From Gammaproteobacteria bacterium (lineage in GTDB: Bacteria > Pseudomonadota > Gammaproteobacteria > Pseudomonadales > JADFDG01), in contig JBKHWN010000178.1 of the NCBI GenBank assembly GCA_046566505.1, positions 1 through 45,105 of the forward strand: 45,105 nucleotides of DNA. Direction: 5' to 3'. Position numbers and translations under genes: made by a program. The notes under the pieces were generated by a model that saw nothing but the letters and a program-made list of their open reading frames with translations, was not told the origin of the DNA and searched no databases. This document shows, in pieces, positions 41,783 through 45,105 of the stretch; the first letter of the stretch is position 1; every line of letters starts with the position of its first letter.

Positions 41783-42862
41783 ATGAGCCAGCAGTCGATC
41801 AACAAGAAGCTTCTACAGACCTTTATCCCCGTCAATTCGCTTACGGCGAACCACCTTGACCAACTGCTTAACCGGCAGGACGTGGCCATGGTCCCGAAGG
41901 GAGAAACCATTTTCCGGATCGGGGACGAAGACAACACGACGATCTACCTGCTAAGTGGCGAAGTGGAACTCGTTGATGCCATGGGTCGCCGAACGCTCAT
42001 ATCGGCGGGTGGAATTGAGAGTTGGCATCCGGTCGACCATTTTCAGCCAAGGCGCAGCACCGCGACGGCGCTGACTGATGTCAGTGTCGTGCGCTTTGAC
42101 AGTTATCGGCTGGATACAATCCTTTCGTGGGACCAGTCTGCCGGGTACATGATCCTGGATATTGCCGCCAACAAGCAGCTAGACCAGGATGCCGAGTGGA
42201 TGTTGAAGCTGCTGCGTTCAAATCTTTTCTACAGCGTGCCTCCGGCAAACATCCAGGAAATATTTCGTCGATTGACTGCCTTGGAGCTAAAGGCGGGCGC
42301 TGTGGTCCTCAAGCAGGGAGACAGTGCGGATGCCTGCTATTTCATCAAGAAGGGTGCCTGCGAGGTTTCTGTTCTTTCGCCAGGCGCTGCAGAGCCTGTT
42401 ACGGTGGCGCTGCTCGAGCTGGGGCAGGTTTTTGGTGAGGAGGCATTGCTCTCCGAAACAACCCGGAATGCCACGGTGAGCATGGCCAGTGACGGCGTAT
42501 TGATGCGTCTTGACAAGGCTGACTTCATCGAGTTGTTGAAGGAGCCGGTAGTCAATACGTTGCCTGCGGCAGAATGTATCGCTGTCGTTGACGCCGGAGG
42601 TCAGTGGCTTGACGTCAGGACGGCGGATGAATTCGAGGTTGAACACATCAAGGGGTCTCAGAACATGCCCCTGAATGTGCTCAGGCTCAAGTCGCGCCTG
42701 CTGGACAGCAAGAAGCACTTTATTCTCTGTTGCGATACGGGACGCAGGAGTTCCGCTGCTGCGTTCCTTCTCAAGAATGCCGGGTTTCGTGTCGACGTCC
42801 TTGATGGTGGCCTGAATGCGCTGTCTGATGATTTCCGCCGCGAATACATAGTGAGCCTTTGA
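41783..42862 (+). CDS. tandem cyclic-nucleotide-binding domains + rhodanese domain
   Basis: FGEEALLSETTRNATV phosphate-binding cassette; LDVRTADEF...HIKGS...CCDTGRRSS rhodanese loop. Confidence 0.88.
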   Translation: MSQQSINKKLLQTFIPVNSLTANHLDQLLNRQDVAMVPKGETIFRIGDEDNTTIYLLSGEVELVDAMGRRTLISAGGIESWHPVDHFQPRRSTATALTDVSVVRFDSYRLDTILSWDQSAGYMILDIAANKQLDQDAEWMLKLLRSNLFYSVPPANIQEIFRRLTALELKAGAVVLKQGDSADACYFIKKGACEVSVLSPGAAEPVTVALLELGQVFGEEALLSETTRNATVSMASDGVLMRLDKADFIELLKEPVVNTLPAAECIAVVDAGGQWLDVRTADEFEVEHIKGSQNMPLNVLRLKSRLLDSKKHFILCCDTGRRSSAAAFLLKNAGFRVDVLDGGLNALSDDFRREYIVSL

Positions 42863-42867
42863 TCGGT

Positions 42868-43740
42868 ATGGATTCATTCCGTAATATTGGTTTGATCGGG
42901 CGCCCAGGAAGTGAAGAGGTACTCCAGACGCTAAGTCACGTCATCGAATTTCTGCAACGACGTGGATGCAACGTGATTCTCGACGAGGACATCAGCGGTG
43001 CTCTGGGTAACCCTGCCCTGCAAGTTGGTGACAGGCGTGTCCTTGGTGAGTCCTGTGACATGGTCATTGTCATCGGCGGGGACGGGTGTCTGCTAGGCGC
43101 TGCTCGTGCGCTGTCCCGTTTTGGAACGCCGGTGGTTGGGGTCAACCGTGGCCACCTTGGATTTCTGACGGATATCTCACCGGTCGAACTTGATGATCGA
43201 CTGGGTTCAATACTCGACGGGAAGTACGAGGCGGAGCGGCGTTTCCTGCTGGACGCGGAGGTTCGGCGTGAGCAGCACCCCATCGGTAGTGGGGTTGCGC
43301 TGAACGACGTGGTGTTTCGTGCTGGAAACAGCGTACACATGGTTGAGTTCGAGTTGTATATCGAGGGGAGGTTCGTATACAGCCAGCGCTCCGACGGATT
43401 GATCATCGCTACGCCAACCGGATCTACCGCATATGCGCTGTCTGGCGGTGGTCCCATCATGCATCCCAAGCTTGACGCTCTGGTATTGGTGCCCATGCAC
43501 CCGCACACATTGTCCAGCCGGCCGATCGTGGTCGATGGCAACAGCGAGATCAAACTTGTGATTACAGGCGGCGCGCCGCCATCCCTGGTCAGTTGTGACG
43601 GTCAGGAGGCAGTGCGGACGCAGGTTGGGGACGTGCTTTATGTGCGCAAGCGCTCACAGAAGCTGACGCTGCTCCATCCCCCGGGGCATGATTTTTATGA
43701 AGCGTGTCGATCAAAGCTTGGATGGTCCAGCAAGCTCTGA
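42868..43740 (+). CDS. nadK: NAD(+) kinase
   Basis: GGDG, GVNRGHLGFL, LND, DGLIIATPTGSTAYALSGGGP and KLGW motifs. Confidence 0.97.
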   Translation: MDSFRNIGLIGRPGSEEVLQTLSHVIEFLQRRGCNVILDEDISGALGNPALQVGDRRVLGESCDMVIVIGGDGCLLGAARALSRFGTPVVGVNRGHLGFLTDISPVELDDRLGSILDGKYEAERRFLLDAEVRREQHPIGSGVALNDVVFRAGNSVHMVEFELYIEGRFVYSQRSDGLIIATPTGSTAYALSGGGPIMHPKLDALVLVPMHPHTLSSRPIVVDGNSEIKLVITGGAPPSLVSCDGQEAVRTQVGDVLYVRKRSQKLTLLHPPGHDFYEACRSKLGWSSKL

Positions 43741-43775
43741 GGCAATCCCGGTAGTTTTACCTGTTGAGGTAAGTG

Positions 43776-44060
43776 ATGGATTTTCAGTCGTTCATTGCAC
43801 GTATGGATGCCACGACCTGTGCATCATTGCGGCAGGCTGTGGAAATCGGAAAGTTTCCGGACGGGCGAAGGCTGACGGATGAGCAGAAAGCCCTGTGCAT
43901 GGAAGCGGTGCTTCGTTGGGAGGCATTGAACCGTCCGGCTGAAGAGCGAACAGGCTATATCGATCGTGGCACCAAGAAGGATGGAGAAAGTTGTGCCGGG
44001 GACGATCACGATCATGAGAACGTTGATGATCAGCCCCTTCGCTTTGTCGATCGCCAGTGA
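43776..44060 (+). CDS. YeaC/DUF1315 family protein
   Basis: LRQAVEIGKFPDGRRLTDEQKALCMEAV and ERTGY motifs. Confidence 0.9.
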   Translation: MDFQSFIARMDATTCASLRQAVEIGKFPDGRRLTDEQKALCMEAVLRWEALNRPAEERTGYIDRGTKKDGESCAGDDHDHENVDDQPLRFVDRQ

Positions 44061-44089
44061 ACCAGTAATACACCACCCGGTATTTTCCA

Positions 44090-45105
44090 ATGACCGAAAA
44101 TGAAGTGCCGCAATCCGTGCGGCGGCTTGACTACCGGATGCCTGATTTTCTGATCGACAAGGTATTTCTATACGTTGATATACGTGATCACGCGACCCGG
44201 GTAACCAGTGAGTTGTATATCCGTCGAAACCCGGGAAGCGCTGATTCGGCGGCGCCACTGCGCTTGAATGGCGTCGGAATAAGTCTTCTGGAAATTCTGC
44301 TTGACGGGTCTGCACTGGGCCGCGATGAATACCTTCTCGACGAGAAATCGCTGACGGTTCCGTCCGTGCCTGATGCCTTCAGGCTCATGACGGTTGGGGA
44401 GATTGATCCTTCGAAAAACACTGCACTGGAAGGTTTGTATGTGTCACACGGCATGTACTGCACCCAGTGTGAGGCCGAAGGGTTCAGGCGAATAACCTGG
44501 TATATCGATCGACCTGATGTGATGGCGGTATTTGAAACCACGATAGAGGCTGACGAGAACCGTTACCCGCTGCTTCTCTCAAACGGCAATCGCATACTGC
44601 AAGAGCATCTGGCAAACGGAAGGCACCGGGCTGTTTGGCAAGACCCGTTTCCCAAGCCGTGCTATCTGTTCGCGCTGGTGGCAGCGGATCTTTCCTGTCG
44701 GGAAGACCGTTTTACCACCAGATCTGGCCGTGACGTCACGCTTCAGGTCTATGTCGAGCCACACGATCTCGACAAGACCGGTCACGCCATGGAGTCGCTC
44801 AAGAAGGCGATGCGCTGGGACGAGGAGGTCTACGGGCTGGAGTACGACCTAGACATCTACATGATCGTTGCTGTTTCGCACTTCAATATGGGGGCAATGG
44901 AGAACAAGGGGCTCAACATTTTCAACACATCCTGCGTCCTGGCAAACCAGCGCACTCAGACAGATTCGGCTTTCCAGCGAGTAGAGGCTGTTGTCGCGCA
45001 CGAGTATTTCCACAACTGGAGCGGAAACCGGGTGACGTGCCGTGACTGGTTCCAGTTGAGTCTCAAGGAGGGATTCACGGTCTTTCGTGATTCCGAGTTC
45101 AGCAA
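44090..45105 (+). CDS. pepN: aminopeptidase N (runs off the right edge)
   Basis: Manual translation gives CTQCEAEGFRRIT, DPFPKPCYLFA, GAMENKGLN and HEYFHNWSGNRVT (M1 HExxH). Not in the ORF track because there is no stop in the window. Confidence 0.96.
   Translation, partial: MTENEVPQSVRRLDYRMPDFLIDKVFLYVDIRDHATRVTSELYIRRNPGSADSAAPLRLNGVGISLLEILLDGSALGRDEYLLDEKSLTVPSVPDAFRLMTVGEIDPSKNTALEGLYVSHGMYCTQCEAEGFRRITWYIDRPDVMAVFETTIEADENRYPLLLSNGNRILQEHLANGRHRAVWQDPFPKPCYLFALVAADLSCREDRFTTRSGRDVTLQVYVEPHDLDKTGHAMESLKKAMRWDEEVYGLEYDLDIYMIVAVSHFNMGAMENKGLNIFNTSCVLANQRTQTDSAFQRVEAVVAHEYFHNWSGNRVTCRDWFQLSLKEGFTVFRDSEFS

Overview
A GC-rich gammaproteobacterial chromosome segment. The affiliation is probably Pseudomonadales/Moraxellaceae-like, inferred from gene order and the SdhA sequence type. 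It is mostly core housekeeping DNA: hrpA, a KAS III (FabH-like) gene, mlaA-rssB/gigA-rssC/gigB, terB-tal-dusA, gltX-tRNA-Ala, cobB, the full gltA-sdhCDAB-sucAB-lpdA-sucCD TCA cluster, tRNA-Val/Asp, araC-fadH, nadK, yeaC and a partial pepN. Two accessory parts stand out. (1) At 1.6-4.1 kb there is an archaeal-type AMP/NMP phosphorylase coupled to an atypical PRPP-synthetase-like gene. (2) At 17.3-20.65 kb there is a decayed islet of about 3.3 kb behind tRNA-Ala(GGC). It holds a P4-type integrase stub, an intact Fic/DUF4172 gene with a repeated palindromic operator, an orphan DUF6088 (AbiEi-like) gene, a 5'-truncated phosphomannose-isomerase-type cupin and a GH130 pseudogene with two lesions. 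Smaller signals are probable pseudo-enzymes, leaderless promoters, an uncharacterised coiled-coil/cNMP-rhodanese/nadK operon and a GC decline toward the right end. No CRISPR array, rRNA or intact mobile element was seen. All family assignments come from motif recognition by eye; no database searches were run.
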